A stretch of DNA of 64,000 nucleotides from an uncultured Chloroflexia bacterium (GTDB lineage Bacteria; Chloroflexota; Limnocylindria; Limnocylindrales; CSP1-4), in the NCBI GenBank assembly GCA_963720315.1, contig CAVRFC010000005.1:1375437-1439436 (forward strand), read 5' to 3'. The notes under the pieces were generated by a model that was not told where the DNA came from, searched no databases, and saw nothing but the letters and a program-made list of their open reading frames with translations. A program made the position numbers and the translations under genes. Below, piece after piece: positions 63,972 through 64,000 of the stretch (its first letter is position 1; the number at the start of each line of letters is the position of its first letter).

Positions 63972-64000
63972 GGGACGTACCCTCTGTGTGGATCGTCATC

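Overview
This is a very GC-rich bacterial chromosomal segment. Codon third positions are almost all G/C, GGAGG-type ribosome-binding sites are strong, and many start/stop codons overlap as ATGA/GTGA. The gene content suggests an Actinomycetota- or Chloroflexota-like organism: coenzyme F420 biosynthesis (cofE-cofC-cofD) with LLM and PPOX F420-type oxidoreductases, a group-I truncated haemoglobin, dodecin, a GT87/DUF2029-like membrane protein, ECF sigma/anti-sigma pairs and a dynamin-like GTPase pair. I cannot be more precise without a database search. About 70 protein-coding genes or gene relics are supported. I recognised no rRNA, tRNA, CRISPR array, transposase or integrase. Accessory content includes three type II toxin-antitoxin modules (1.3-2.0 kb and 16.2-17.7 kb), a cytosine deaminase/permease pair and a fused 2Fe-2S/molybdopterin oxidoreductase with a coupled cupin. 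It also includes a P-loop kinase / MerR / vWA / ANT-like nucleotidyltransferase gene string (29.5-32.8 kb) and a two-gene (split) rifampin-phosphotransferase-like PEP-dependent enzyme coupled to an MFS exporter (36.6-40.6 kb). Four non-coding signals stand out. The first is a MITE/REP-like family with CTGGCCAAAYTTGC terminal inverted repeats (55.2 and 61.0-61.2 kb). The second is a 51-nt intergenic repeat (32.86 and 41.54 kb). The third is a structured ~340-nt leader ending in an intrinsic terminator just upstream of a LysE-family exporter inside the F420 cluster. The fourth is a 145-bp truncated duplicate of an anti-sigma gene 3' end. One caveat applies to the whole window. Many genes need 1-nt frame corrections, and these are strongly clustered: histidine kinase, CPBP protease, LAL/LuxR regulator and the first ECF sigma/anti-sigma pair. 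By contrast, ~18 kb (30.3-48.1 kb) reads cleanly. I cannot tell genuine gene decay from assembly indels using sequence alone. Many long ORFs in the six-frame track are GC-driven antisense shadows or artefactual read-throughs and are not annotated as genes. All family assignments rest on motifs I recognise by eye, not on searches.
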